Source: Chrysomallon squamiferum (lineage: Eukaryota > Animalia > Mollusca). From it: DNA of 64,000 bases. Below the pieces are notes generated by a model. It was not told where the DNA came from. It saw nothing but the letters and a program-made list of their open reading frames with translations, and made no database searches. Both the position numbers and the translations under genes were made by a program. The DNA is taken from the NCBI GenBank assembly GCA_012295275.1, contig CM022672.1, positions 24,552,001 through 24,616,000 of the forward strand, given 5' to 3'. Of the stretch, positions 38,701-53,626 are shown piece after piece (position 1 is the first letter of the stretch; each line of letters begins with the position of its first letter).

Positions 38701-41700
38701 ATTTACAGAGGTGGTGTTAATCATCAAGAAACATGGCATACAATAAACCAAAAAGAAACAAATAATGAAAACCTTGATAAAAGAAATGAATCAGTGACTT
38801 CATTTTATTATAACATAATGATACAGATGCCTAATTTAATGAATGTGTGTCTGTAGATATGTAAGTACATACATTTGGTTTTTATAGTAAAACAGTAAAA
38901 TATCAATGGCCAGTGTATAATGATATAAAATGTATATACAAGCATTTATTTAATACTAATTAATAGGTTATATTTATTAACTTATTGCTTTGTTAATTAT
39001 TGTTAATAATATTATTATAAATTTGAAGGACAGATGATTAGACTCAGTATGATGTTTCATTCAGAATAATGTAATTTAAGCTATGAATGTTTGCATATAT
39101 AATTTAACATTGACTATACATTTATTTAAGTTTTAAGAATTTTTAATTTCAGATTATAATTCATCAATGCATGTCATGATTCAGAACAGTTTAGTCAAAA
39201 TAGATGACTATGTCACAGTTTTTTTTGTATTGAAAGACTCAGACAAAACTCCTAAGTTTTATGTTAATATATCACAGGATTTTTCCTGCTCACCTGAATT
39301 ACAAGAACTGAAAGATTCAAATAAAAACACTTATTATTGTGCTAAAATAAGACATAAAGTAACATATGGAGGCATATTTGAAGTAAAAGCAGGAAGATTT
39401 GTTAATGGTTTTCTTCAGTTAAGTAACACAGCAAAATTTAGAGTTTCTTTTCTTGATAAAATAACAAGGGAGTGTTTTGGAAGGACAAGAATCACTGGTG
39501 CAGCAGAAAGCATGCAGTTAGCATTTGGGTATGAAAAAGGAAAGGACCTGCAATTTATATCATCTGGATCAGGAATATGCATAAACAAGTCAAATTTTAA
39601 AATAACATTATATGAATGGAAAGTTGGTTTTTTAAAATCCAGCAATCCTCATCAATGCTTCACTGACAGTGATTTTGATAACATAAGGATACCTGCTCAT
39701 CTAAGAGGAGAACATCATCTCTACGTAGAGAAAAATAATCTGAGGCAAGGGTACTTCAGAATATGTGTGAGCATCACAGCAAGCTACTTTAAAACATATT
39801 TTAAACTAAGTTGTGTGAGTAAAATGATTGCAATTTTATTTACTGTTTTAAATAGCAATTTCTTTAATATAAACAGTTAGTTTCTTGGATGTTTGATGTC
39901 TAAAACAGAAATGTGTATTTTTTTTTAACCAGTTTCTAACAATAATAACAAAACAAAAAACAACAAAAAAAAAAATTAAAATTAAAAATAAAAAAATTAA
40001 AAATAGATTTAAAAATCCCAAAGATTAAAAGAGTGTTGGATCATTAGAATTAAGAACTTATCTGCAATAAAGGTTTCATAATTCACATAAGTGCATTATA
40101 TATTTAAAATTCATTTATGATTAGTACTATTGTAAATTAAACATATTTATTTATAATAAACTGTAGTAATTATTTTTTGTTTCATTTCCATATTAATATT
40201 TTCAGGGATATTTCAAAATACAATTACGTGATCTGAAGGTTGTTATTAAGCCACCTGAGATCTATCAAGCTGTAGAAAAAGATCGTCCATTAACATTAGA
40301 TGCTTCTGAGAGCATAGATCCAAATTCAGGAGACAGCTCTGGACTTGTGTAAGTACACATTTATAAAATGTGGTACACATGAAATTATATATAAAAAAAA
40401 TATATGTAAAAATAAATATATTTTTAAAAAGTTAAACATCTAAAAACATGATTACAACATTTAAGTACATTTTCTTTAGTTACTGATATATTTATCAATA
40501 GGTAAACTAAAAGCAGTATCTCGCACAATTTCAGACATGTTTTGTCAGTGTTGGTTGCAGATGATTGGCATTATTAAATCTTTCTGCTTGTCTGTTCTTA
40601 GAAATATTCCTTTAAGAAATAATCCAGTCTTTGCATAAAATTCCTGTAATAGTCCAATCACACTGCAAAACTGTGATCTTACGGCCATCAGGTAGCCTGG
40701 AGATATTGAAATTATTTAGAACCTACTTCCATTATGCCTACGTCATCACCCTCCAGCCATCAAAAAATTAAAAAGATAATAATAAAAAAATGATGTTAGT
40801 GAATTACACACACACACATATTATTATTTTTTTTTTTTATGCGTTACAAATAAATGTTACTTGTATTATTTTTGTTTCAGCTATCGGTGGTATTGCGAAA
40901 AACCACTGAAACATTCAACCTGTGAAGAAATTATAAGAAGTTTTCATTCAAGTTCTACATTTGATTATAAGAGAGAAGACATGCTGCCATTGACTGGTAT
41001 TTCTAAAACAAATACATACAAAAATTATTTGTTAACATTCAGCTGAATTTGTCAACTTTGCCTTACTTATGATGATAAAGAAATTTGTATTTTCTTTCTC
41101 CATTGCTTTAAAAGACAAAATATTTAATTCATTGTGCATTGATAACCCAACTTTGAAAATTGTAAATTTAATGCTGTTTTTTACTGTTATTCTTTCTTAA
41201 CATTTATATTTTGAACCAAAATATTTTCATGGTAAATCCTTATCAGATAATTAAATCAGCTAATATGAGAAATAAAATATAGCCCTATAAATCTACTGCA
41301 CATTTTATCTTTGTTTGAAGCTAAGCTATTTTTCTGTTTCTTCATTAAAAATAAAAAGTATTTTATTTTTTACATGACAAAATTTAACTAAATAGAATGT
41401 CATAATCATATAATTTAAAAAAAAAAAAAAATAATAAAATAATTTTCAGTGGCATATGCACATATTGATTTATATTAGATATCAGTAAATCAAATAACAA
41501 ATTGAAATGTTATTAATCTTTTGTCTGTTATATCATAGGACCTGTTCTGAATATACCAAAGGGACACTTGATTACGAATGAAACATATCTGATAACTGTT
41601 GAAATCAGTAAAGAGGGTGTTGTTTCAAGAAATCAGTCAGTGACAATATACAGCATGTCATTAGATGCTCCAAAACTCAAATTAAGGTGTCTTTTAGTTT

Positions 41701-44700
41701 ATTTCCATACTTTTACATGAAATATTCTAAGAATATTGTTATTCCAATTATCATCATGATTTTTTAAGTTTAAAAATGCAATTCAAATTTATAATCTTGA
41801 ATATTAAACAAGAAACATGTTTAAATTAAGAAATTTTCGAATATATAATGGTTTTGTTTGAATTCTACCAATGTTTTTGTTTTTTTAGATGTCATCACAA
41901 CTGTAATGAATCAGTTTCACCAGGTGAAATTTTGTCATTAACAGTGGAATGTGAAAACTGTGAATCTAGAAATATATACCTGATTAAATTTCAGTGGGAA
42001 TTATCTACTAAAAGTTTTGGTAATGTCCCATCTTCATTTTGGAAAAGTAAAACAAGCACAGGCAATGACAGAGAATCAGTGGTGATACTAGAAAATGCTT
42101 TTAACTTATCTGAGTTCTACACACTTCAAGTCGTAGGTGAATAGTATTTTTATGATTTATTTATCACATGTTCAGAAATACAATACTTAAATTGTAAAAT
42201 AAGAGTTGTTATGATATATGGAATCATCTTAATAATAATAATTACTAATAATGTTATGAATACTTTAAATGCTCCTTTTCACAAACTGGATTCAGAATAG
42301 AAATTTGTTAATTACTGAACTATCAACTCACTGTGTAATATTGTATCTGAATGACAAAATAACTGTTTTATAGGCAAATCTTTTAGACAACTTACCATAT
42401 TTCTTTTCTTTTTTAATTTAAAAAATGTTTTTTTCTTTTTTTTTTTATTGTTCAACTAACTATTTCTGGCAGGATATTGGACTATATTCTATCATCTAAA
42501 ATGCCAAACCTTATTTCACCTAGATTTCAAGATTCTATAACAACATTAGGGTTTTTGAGATCTTTAGCTCCTAAGTCTTCAGCTTTGATTTATGTTCAGC
42601 AATTCCTACCTATTTAATGATCAGTCCATTTGTTTGTAAAAGTATTTGAGGGATAAAATCAATTCCAGTGGTAAAAGTGATATATTTATTGCATAAAAAC
42701 TACATCAATGTAATCAATCAAAACACAAACATTACTACTGCATTAATATACTCACTTCAAAATTTTTAGATTAGTCCTTATTACATTAATAATAATTTCT
42801 TAAAACATAAAGTAATGTGACAAATATATTTTAAAACATGATAGATTAATTTAGAACTATTTAACATATAAATTATTATTAGAATAACAAAAATTAAAAA
42901 AATAAAGGAAAAAAAAAGAAATTTTATTCATTCCTTCTATGATATTCATCCAATACAAAAACAAAAATAATAAATGCCTACTTGTGTCTTTTAAATTAAT
43001 TAACATGTCATTTTCTTTTCAGCTAACTCAAATAATGGACTAGAAGGAAGTTTTAAATATATATTTAAAACTTCCAAGCCACCAAGTGGTGGGCAATGTA
43101 GCATATCTCCTAAAAGTGGCAAAGCTCTCATCACTCAGTTTGTTGTTTTGTGTGCTGGCTATTTCACCTTCAACATGCCTTTGACTTACACAGTGTTTTC
43201 TAATGGTACTGAAAGAGGTATTACGAACTTTTTCAGGCAGAATTATTTTCAAACAAATTTGAAAAGCGAAAAATAAACTAACATGAAAATAAATTTATGA
43301 TTGTCAGATATTAAAGAAAATGAATTATATACATTAGGAGTGCATTGAATCTTTTCATTTTCTTGTTGTTTTTGTGGGGGGTTTTTAAACTGATAAACAC
43401 ATAATTGTAGCTATTTAAAAATATTTTATGTTGGAAAATCTCTGGAACTCATTTCTTTCTGATCAGTGTGTATTTTATTTAATCAATTTGTACATCAATA
43501 ATGTTTATGATGATTTAACTAAATTACAGTTTACAAAATTGTCAATTAAATGAAATTAATAATAATAAAAATTCTATAAATAATACACTGGAAATATAAA
43601 TTTAAGCCAATCTTATCCTGAATCATAATAAATTAACTATTCTGATTGTATTCCACATTAAGAACAAAGTACTATCCACTTAGAGGTTTTTAATAATATC
43701 TTCTAAATCTTAAGAATTACAATTTTTTTACTATCATAATCAGTATTACAGTATTTTACTTCAAATTAATGAAATTATTTAATTTTTTAAATTATATTAT
43801 TGCATTAATTTCCCAAAGGAGAAAATAGTTTGTGCAAAATATTTTTAAGTAATGAAATTTAGCTTTTAGGTTTCAGGTAATTTTCATCCACTTTTTATTT
43901 GTAACAGTTCCATCTGATGTATGATTACTACTGGTTTTATTTTTTAACTTTTTTTTTAGGCCTGAATATTTATTTAGAACTTTATTTCCCAAGTTTTTCA
44001 CTACTAAACATCTCATTAATTTAAATTAATATTTCCATGCATGCAAGCTTTTGAGAGCTTTTGCTTAACAAGCAAATGTTAGTAACAGCAAATTGATTGA
44101 ATATTCAGTTAAAGATGTATAAAATTTTGAAAGTTTATCTTTATCAAATAAAGATTTAGATTCCTAATTACAAATAATAACTTTTGATTTATCTTACTCT
44201 CAGCCCCTATTGAATTTGGTTCAGGTACACTACTATATCATGGTCATGAAGATACTGTTACCCTCACACTTGCTGAAGGACCAGCAGAGATGGATTATTG
44301 GCAGACATTGACAGTTACTGTTATAGATGCAACTGGATCCAGTTCATCATTACCTCTTACTGTACAGGTGAATAGACTTGAGTCTGTTATGCTTTTGAAA
44401 ATTAAAGACAATGATAATGGAAATACTTTCTCAGAAACATTTGGAAACACAAATATCATTTATATAATACTCATATAGAATCATAAGAATGGAAGTTATA
44501 ACTGCTAGAACCACAGGCCCAAAATTTTATTACTGAAAAAAATTCTTTCATTTCATATAAAAATTATATATTTTATCCCAACTACCAATTCCAGAATTGT
44601 GTATACAGGTTTTTGCATTGTAAAAATATTAATAATATTTGCATTGTTTAGTTCTTTCAGTGTTATTTTTCTTATAAATTGTCTTTGCAGAACATTTAAT

Positions 44701-46262
44701 AAAGACATAAGATAATAGTCACTTTGACAATAGTGAATAAGTTAAAATAGTAAATAGGAATTATGGTAGGAAATTTCCAAGAATTAAAATGATGATATAA
44801 AGTAAACAGGAATATTTCTAATCAGTGTGAAATGTGAAATTTGAAAAAGTATAAAAGCTAAGACAAAGGGTCTCATTTAAATTGAATAATTAAAAACTTA
44901 CATTTAAGTTAAAAGTGATTTACAGATATGATGTAATTTTTAATCTTTTTATAAAATAAATAATTGAATTGAGAGAGAAAAAAACAAAAACACTATCATT
45001 TCATTGATGGGTAAATCGAAAACCTTTAATGTAGATTATCTATTTTATAAAAGCTTTATTACTATTCAATTATAATTGAGTACTTTTCTCTCCACTCTAC
45101 TGTGCATTTTTTTTCATATTACTCTTCTCATTAGTTGTGCTAAAAAAACAAGAGTGCTAATTTACACATGTATTAATTCTTCAATTTTTATTTTTCCTTT
45201 GCGAATTGTGATGCTAACTAGGTAACACATCCCCAAGAATCAGAGGACACTTCTGTTGAATTTTTTGACACGATTTTAAATGACTTGACCTCTGATTACC
45301 GATCAGGAAAAACACCTGTTGAAAGTAGGTTGTTTAAATATCTGTACAAACTTGCCTGCATGGTTGTATGTATGACATTGTATTTGGATTATAATTATGT
45401 GAAATGTGTTTAAATTTTTGAAATAAGACTAATAATAGATGAAAAACCTATTTAACAAAAGGAATCATAACATTTTCAGTGCCTTATAAATTTAATACTG
45501 ATTAAAAAGAGATCTTTGAATAACTAGGTAATTTCCCAGAAAACAATTATTGGGATATAATGTTTTTTTTCAGATTTCATTCGACAAGCAAAGAATGTTG
45601 TGACAATGCTTAGGAGAAAACAGCCTGATACATTATCTTCACAAATATCAAAAGAAAGAATAGTAATGGTTTTGTTTAATCTATATATATTTAACTGTTA
45701 GTATAGAGTGCATTTCTTCATCAGTAAATTATACTAAATTTTTTAGTGTATCACACATTGTATATACAAAGAAATTGTGCAGTGGAGAATATAAAATATG
45801 AAAGACTGCTGTATTAGTCTGCCAGGTATTAACTTTAAATGGAAATATTCATAAATTAATACATATTTATTTGTTTTATGTATGTGTGACTTTGTATAGG
45901 ATTTCTTATTATTAAAAATGGAGTTATTGGTTTTAATGTCACATGTCTTTTATGTCCTATTATTATTACAAATACACTTAGTTTCTTAGAAAATGCAGGT
46001 CGGCAAAATCTACTCTGTTAGATAAAAATTACAGATAATAAACTTAATTATTTACCTAGATTTATTAAATGGCTAATTATTATTATGATGACTATTATGC
46101 TGTAAGGAATGTTATGACAGTATAAGTAACACTATAATTAAGGAAAATATAATGGTGGTACCATGTTACAAACAACTTGTCATCAGTGAAAACAAATAAT
46201 TCAGTTTAAGGTCCAGCAGCTGTTTTTTTCTCCAACCTTACTGGTTCTAAAATTTAAACTAG

Positions 46263-46325
<63 letters not shown>

Positions 46326-49300
46326 GTCTGTGTGTGTGTAAATAATTACATAAATTTTGACAGGTTTGTTTAAAATATACTCACTTTCCAATGTAATTTT
46401 GGATGATAAATATGAGAATTATTAAATAATTAGCCAGTAGATTAGTGTTATTTGAAAGGAAGGGAACTGCAATCTGTCAAGAGCCTTGTTCTCTTTTCTG
46501 GGGGAACATGACCTTTGAATGACTGCAGTTCACATTGTTTTAAAAAAAATGAATTTCTTCACGTAATTTATGTGATGTTTATGTGTTTTGACATATATCA
46601 GTGTACTATGCAGACCAGACATTTTTTATGATTTATTTTATTGCAGATACGTAGAGAAGTTCTAAATGATATTCTAGATGTTGAGATAGATGATGATCAT
46701 ACATTATACCAGATGGCAGACATTTTGGCTGACATCACAGTACCAGAAGATCATATGTCCACTGAAATGCAGGTAACAATTAACTGAACTATTCAAAATT
46801 GTTACTGCACCCTATAAAACAATACATATCCAGCAATTAAACTATACTAGATGTTAGAAATGGCAATCAAAATTACTCATAATAAGTGAAAATGTAAACA
46901 ACACACAGAAAATCTTAAGCATTTGTTTTTAATGATTTTTAACAAATTTGTGAAATACTGACTAACAAAACATAATTGTAAAAGACAGGTCTAATGATAG
47001 AAAAAAATGTGTTGGAACATTTTGAAAAAATATTGATTGTAATAAAATAATGACATATAACTATTACCATAACATAAAATATCTAGAAAATTAAACCATA
47101 AATATCGAATGATATTTTCATTTTATGAACTTATTGCAAAAACTTAATTAAATCAAAGAAATTGTTACTAATAATATTTTAATTTGGGATTTTCTTTATA
47201 GACACACATTCATTTTAACAATACATTATTCTAATTGGTGCATACAAAGAACTTACAGTTTTAATGTTTTAAAAATGTATTAAATTTAAAATGTTCAATA
47301 TTTATCTTTTTATTTTATTTTAAATTGTAATCATTTTTTAATTTTTTTTTACAGACTCAGACGTTGTCTTTATCCAAAAAAATGTTAGCACATTTAGGAC
47401 ATATAGCAGAGGAAACTCCTTCAATTGCAAAAGTTGTTGCTGAGTAAGATCAAACATAGATATTTCTATTATTACTCATATCGCTATAACAATTTTAATT
47501 TATGACTGTTATATTGAGAATGTATCAGCTGTGCAGTGGTTTTATTATTATTATTATTATTATTTTCATTTTGATTATGAAATAATGTGAAAATATCCTT
47601 ACCAACTCACAATTACATTTCATAATTTTACTAATGACAAAGACAGGTTGCTGACAATAAATAAAAGAACAATATAGAAATATATAAATGTATTTAGGCC
47701 ATAATAATATTAAAACTGATTATGATATGGAATAGGAAGGACTTCAAATGTTGTTTTATTATTATTTAAAGTCATAAAAATTTCATTCATTTACTGCATG
47801 TTGCAAATTTGTAAATAAATAACAAATGGCAGTTTAGCAAGAATGTAAACATCATTCTCTGTTTAGAAATACATATCAGTATAGTCATATTGAAACATAA
47901 TTTATAGATGTCTCAGTGACAGACTTTTAAAATCATAGTCCATTTTAAAATGCAGTTCACACATCTGTAATGGAGTCAGCCAATGATAAGTTAAGGATTT
48001 TGTATATTTTTAGCTATTTACATTTTTATTTTTTATTTTTAAAAAAAGCACTTTTATAAATGGCAATTAATTTGACAGTTCTTATAATGATAATATGTAA
48101 TTGATAGCATCACTTTTATATCAGAAGCGAGGAAACAAACCCTAAACTATCTTGATACCAAATCTAATCATGCTACTGATCTCAGTCCCACCATACCACT
48201 TACATACTGACCTGTCTGCTACTTCAGCAATAACTCTGCATCTAAACATAACCTCTTTCCTAGATCTGAACCTGACTCTAATCCTGATAAAAACCCTAAC
48301 ACTACTGCAGACATGAAGTTTTTAAACCTTCCTTTAGCCATTCCAATCCTAACCCCAATCTAATCCTCTTCTTGAATGCAAAATCTAGTAATTATTTTGG
48401 GTTTCAAGCTTGACCCTCTGTAATTGTGAGATAAGATATATTAGAAAAATAAAATGAAATATGTTAAAACATTTTTTATTTTCTAAATAAATAAGTGCTG
48501 AAATAAAATATAAACTAAAGAAATAGGGTTTAATCAATAAATTCAATTCATATAAACTGAGATTGGAGGTGAGGATTATAGTAAGTTCCTCTACTAGTTT
48601 CAGTTACGTACTGCTATAAAATTGCAATTGAATTTTAAGTATGAATGTCTGATTCCTTTTTTCTATTTTATGATTTAATATTATAATTGCATTATAATAA
48701 AAATAATGATAAATATTTTGTTGGTTTTTTTTGGTATAAAAGGAGACAGTCTGCCACACTCTTTTCTATCCTTCAATTTCCTAAAGAAGAAAAAGTACCA
48801 GAAACAAAAGATGGAATCCCTCGGCCACCAACAATATCATCAGATGTATCACAAAGGGTTTTGTATTACATTAAATCAACATTTAAACAGGACTACAAAT
48901 TTATGTCTTTATAAAAAGAAAATTGTTATTAACAATAATTACATCAGATACTAAGTCTAATGTATTAATATTAATATTAAAATATATAGTGTGTTTAGTT
49001 AGTAAAGGATGGGATCCCACTTGTGGTGTTGATGTCCTTTTATTTTTCTGGTTTAATTTGTTTATTACCCTTCTGCATATATCACAGCAGAGCTTTCAGC
49101 ATTATCTTGCCCCATCCATTAATAATTAAACTCTTAGATATTCTAGAACCTTACTTGAACTAATAAAAATTGTTTGTTTAAAAATAAATATATTGTGGTA
49201 TTGGAGTACTTTAGTCCTGGTTTTTGTTTCTTATCATTTCAGTAATTAATACATTGTACATTTTCCTTTGCAAGCAGTTCAAATAACTGTAATAATATAT

Positions 49301-51798
49301 GCAAAGATGCCAACCTGAAAGTAAACAAAATGCAGTTTGTATTGCTACAAAATGGGAAAACTGTTTTAGGATCAAATGTAGATGCTCTCTTTTGCTCACT
49401 GTTGTCATGGTGGCAGTCTGAACATGCAACTTGAGGTTATAGTGACTAATGTGCTGTGTAGATGTGTCACAATACACATAGAAATCTCCTAATTTTAAAG
49501 TTGTAATGCATGACCATTTTGTGCTTTATTTCTCATGATTAAACTAGATGCAGTCATGACCAGATAGTATATCTAAATGGGCAGACAGTAATGGACAACA
49601 TTATACAAGCAAGTGTGGCACGATCAATGAACTATGATAGAAGGGTACATACAGGGTTTCCCAAAAGTAACCGAACCGCAAACTTAAATAAAATTAGATA
49701 TTAAGAACAACAAATTTAATCTGTAAATTTAGTATTTAAAATGTTCAAAATGTCTACCTTGAACTTCAGTACAATCACAACACCTTTTGATAACACTGTG
49801 ACATACTTTTTGGCAAGTTTCCACTGAAATTTGGTTCCATTTATGCTGAATACTTTGTTTCAGTTGATCAATGGTCCTAGGTTTATTAGCATAAACTGCG
49901 TTTTTTAGAACTCCCCATAGAAAGAAATCAGGTGGTGTCAGATCTGGGGATCGTGCAGGCCATTCGTTTAAATCTAAAGTTCTTCACTGCATTTTTAAGA
50001 GTGAGGGTACCATTTCAAGTCAAACCATGGAGAGTCCAGTAGCACATGCTAAAACAGAAGTTTCAATCACGAAGAACACTACAATCAGGTAACAAAAATC
50101 ATTCCAAAGACTATTACTGACAGAAGTAAATGAATAGAACAAAAGATAACATAAAATGACATAAAAGATGGAATTAAATTTGTTATTTTTAATATCTAAT
50201 TTTATTTAAGTTTGTGGCTCGGTTACTTTTGGGACACGCTGTATAATTGATAATGTTTTCTGTAAAAATGTGGGATAATTATTGTCTTATATTTTGGGGA
50301 AAACAAGTTGACAATCATGGTGGCTGGCATCTCTGTATATGATTTATTAAAATACTATGAACAAACAAATTTTGATCTTCTGGTTTTAATTATTTCCAGC
50401 TGAAGACAACTGCAGAACCTGTGATGGATCTGTTTGATAAAATTGGTGAAGCAGTTATGCAGTCAGTTAAAACAGTAGTTGAAGAACCAATAAACATTAA
50501 AACCCCACAAACAGCATTACTAGTAGCCCGAAGAAAACCAGATGTTGACAAGATTGAGTTTGTATCAGATGATAACAAAGATGATGTTGGTGGTGCTTTT
50601 ATTTTCCATACAGCCAAGGCACTGGCTAATTACAGGGCAGATCCTAAGCCAATAGACGTACAGGTAAATTTTCAATAGAGCAGCAATTTTCTATCAGTAA
50701 TTTATGGCACTTTAGTGGATCTGGTTCATTGTGCCATGAGATGAAAAAGACTGAAAATCACTACATTAACTACTTGGTTTGCCTCTCAGCCAGTTAACTT
50801 AGCAGTTGAGTGATGATTGGCTTGTTTTTGCATATTAGTGTATTTTGATTAATTTGATGATTTTTTTTGTAGGGACATAGTATCTTATGTCATCATTTCT
50901 GTGGTCAATGAGTAAGAGTCAATGCACCAGGTAGTGATTAACTTAGCTAAGTCTAGTTGGATTGTGAAATCATCCTGTACTTTGCATATCCATATTCTAT
51001 TTGAAAATATCAGTGCCTTCAGTAATTATTTTATTATATAATGAAACCTGACAAAGCATAGTGAGGTCATTCAGAAGTGCATTTTTCATGATTTATGAAT
51101 ATAATTCTTTGTAATTCGTCTGACTGTAATAATAATATAGTCAGTACTGGATCATATTCAAATAATTATAATGCTAGTGTCGCCATTTGTCAACAATGTT
51201 GTAAATTCAAAACACTTGGGCATTACACTCATCTTACACACACACACACACACACATACACACACATACTTGTCCATGTGTTTATGATGCAGTCACATTC
51301 TGACCAGAGCTCAAAGTCAGTAGCTTCAGATATCCCTTTGATGTATGAACTGGGATAGTGTTGCCTTTGGAATATCTGAATCACAGCGTGACAGGTCAAG
51401 TGGTTCATCATATGGTAAAAAAATAAGACATGTTCTCATAAAAAGGCAAAAGGTGGAAATGGCAGTTATTTATAGTTTTAATATTACGTGATTCATACTA
51501 CCAAATCTGATACAACTAATTTGATTCATAAACTATAAAAAAAATTGCTTTTGAATTCTCTCAATAATGTTGTAACCATGTTTTATCAGGTTTCATTATT
51601 TAATAACACGTGTTCTAAATGTATTAATTTTTTTGGTAGAATGTGGAAATGCAGGGTACAACATAATTTCGCATTCCTATTACAGCTGAGTAAATACCTG
51701 GAGCAGTGATTCTTAGCTAACTGAACAAGCCGAACCCAAGGGGTTAAAATATGTATGTATGTGTGCATGTGTGTGTATGTGTGTGTACACCTACATAT

Positions 51799-51851
<53 letters not shown>

Positions 51852-53579
51852 TGTATTGGTTTTCAATCTTTTTCATTTTATTTACAAAATGTTATTTTCT
51901 TTTTGTATTTTTTTTCTTTTATTGCATGGTTAATGATAGTCTATATGAATAATTTCTGTGAGAAAACAAATTGTGAAATATGACACAAGCACTGTCATAT
52001 CATGTATAAATACTGTTCTGTGTTCTTCATATATTGTATATTGTTAGTGTTTTCATTATTATTATTTATTTATTTATTAATTATAAAAGTTTTTTTTTAG
52101 GTACTGATTTTACAAAAAAATCCACTTGTTTGGATGCCTTCAGCCAGTAACATTAATTTGCCAGTGATGAAAGTGACATTAAAAAGAGATGGAAAACCTC
52201 TTATAGTCAATTTAGTTCCTACACCTATAGATATCTTCGTTTCAGCAAATTGTATGACTTAAATATTTATTTATCTTAAATTAATTATAATACAGTTAAT
52301 TTTTTAGATTTTTATCCACACACACACACATACCACATCAAGGTTCACTTAGAACTAATAAGTATTGTAAATTGAAATTTTGTTGTCAAAAATCTCCAAA
52401 AACCTTTCAAATTAATATAAAAATAATTAAAATAAGCATTCAGAAATGCTAAATGTTTTTGATGAACATCTTGTCTGTAATGAGATAGCAGCATTATACC
52501 CAAAGGTATTAATTTCTATAATGCTATGTTATGTGAGATTTGTGAATCTTGAAATTGCACGTACATCCCTATGTACCCACACCTAGAGAATACACATACA
52601 CACACAGATAGATAGATCTCAAACCCTGAAAAACAGTAACATGCTAACATTTGTATGTAATTCATTTGTAATTGATAGGATAGACAAAAAAAATTGCAAC
52701 ATTATTTATACACAAGAGAAACATTATCTTAACTTATACACATGATGCTTTGATCAAATTAAACCCAAATAGCATCTGTAAGTTGATAATTGTTTGCTCA
52801 CCTCATATTTTATGTATATTAATGGGTCATTAGTAGCTATCCATCTATTTTAAATTGAATAATTGTTGGGCTTTTGAGGGGTTAATATATATTTCAGTAT
52901 GAAATGTTTAACAATAAACTATATATATATAGATAGATAGATCTTGATGCATTATTTGGTGTAACATTAATATTATTTTATTTTAAAAAAATGTTCTCAA
53001 AAAAACAAACAGTTTCAAAGGTTCTGCAGAAAGAAGACATCTATCCGTTAAATGTCACAGCTGATTATTCTACTTTGGTATTGGGTTCAGATGCCATTAA
53101 GGTCAAAGTTCCCAGAATATATGGAAAAAAACAGATTGTGAAGATTTTTCCTGTAAATAGGTCAGTGACACTGCAAGTGTATATGGGAATCAAAAAGTCT
53201 GATATAACTATAGAAAATATTATAAAGCATGGATTTGATTGGCCAATTCGAGAAGCTGCTGTCTTGACATACCAGGAACATAAACAAGATCCATATTTGT
53301 TATTTTTACCTGATGACATTTTTCGAAGACGTAGAAGTGGAAATTACTTTATTGGTGTCCGTGTTAAGGTAATGCATTCTTTAGACACTAGAATAAATAA
53401 ATAAATTTAAAACAATCATTTGATTGGGGTTTTTTAATTATTTCTTATTTATGAAAAATGGAATAAATCTTCAAGAGAAAACCAAATTAAAAATATACTT
53501 GAAAACAAAATCAAAATAACTAATAAATTAATAAACTGAATATTTTGTGTTTAAGCTAATCACACACACACACACACAC

Positions 53580-53626
<47 letters not shown>

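Noticed and set aside
51586-51952. ORFs with CVCVCV / HTHTHT runs
   Set aside because: Translations of (AC)n repeats
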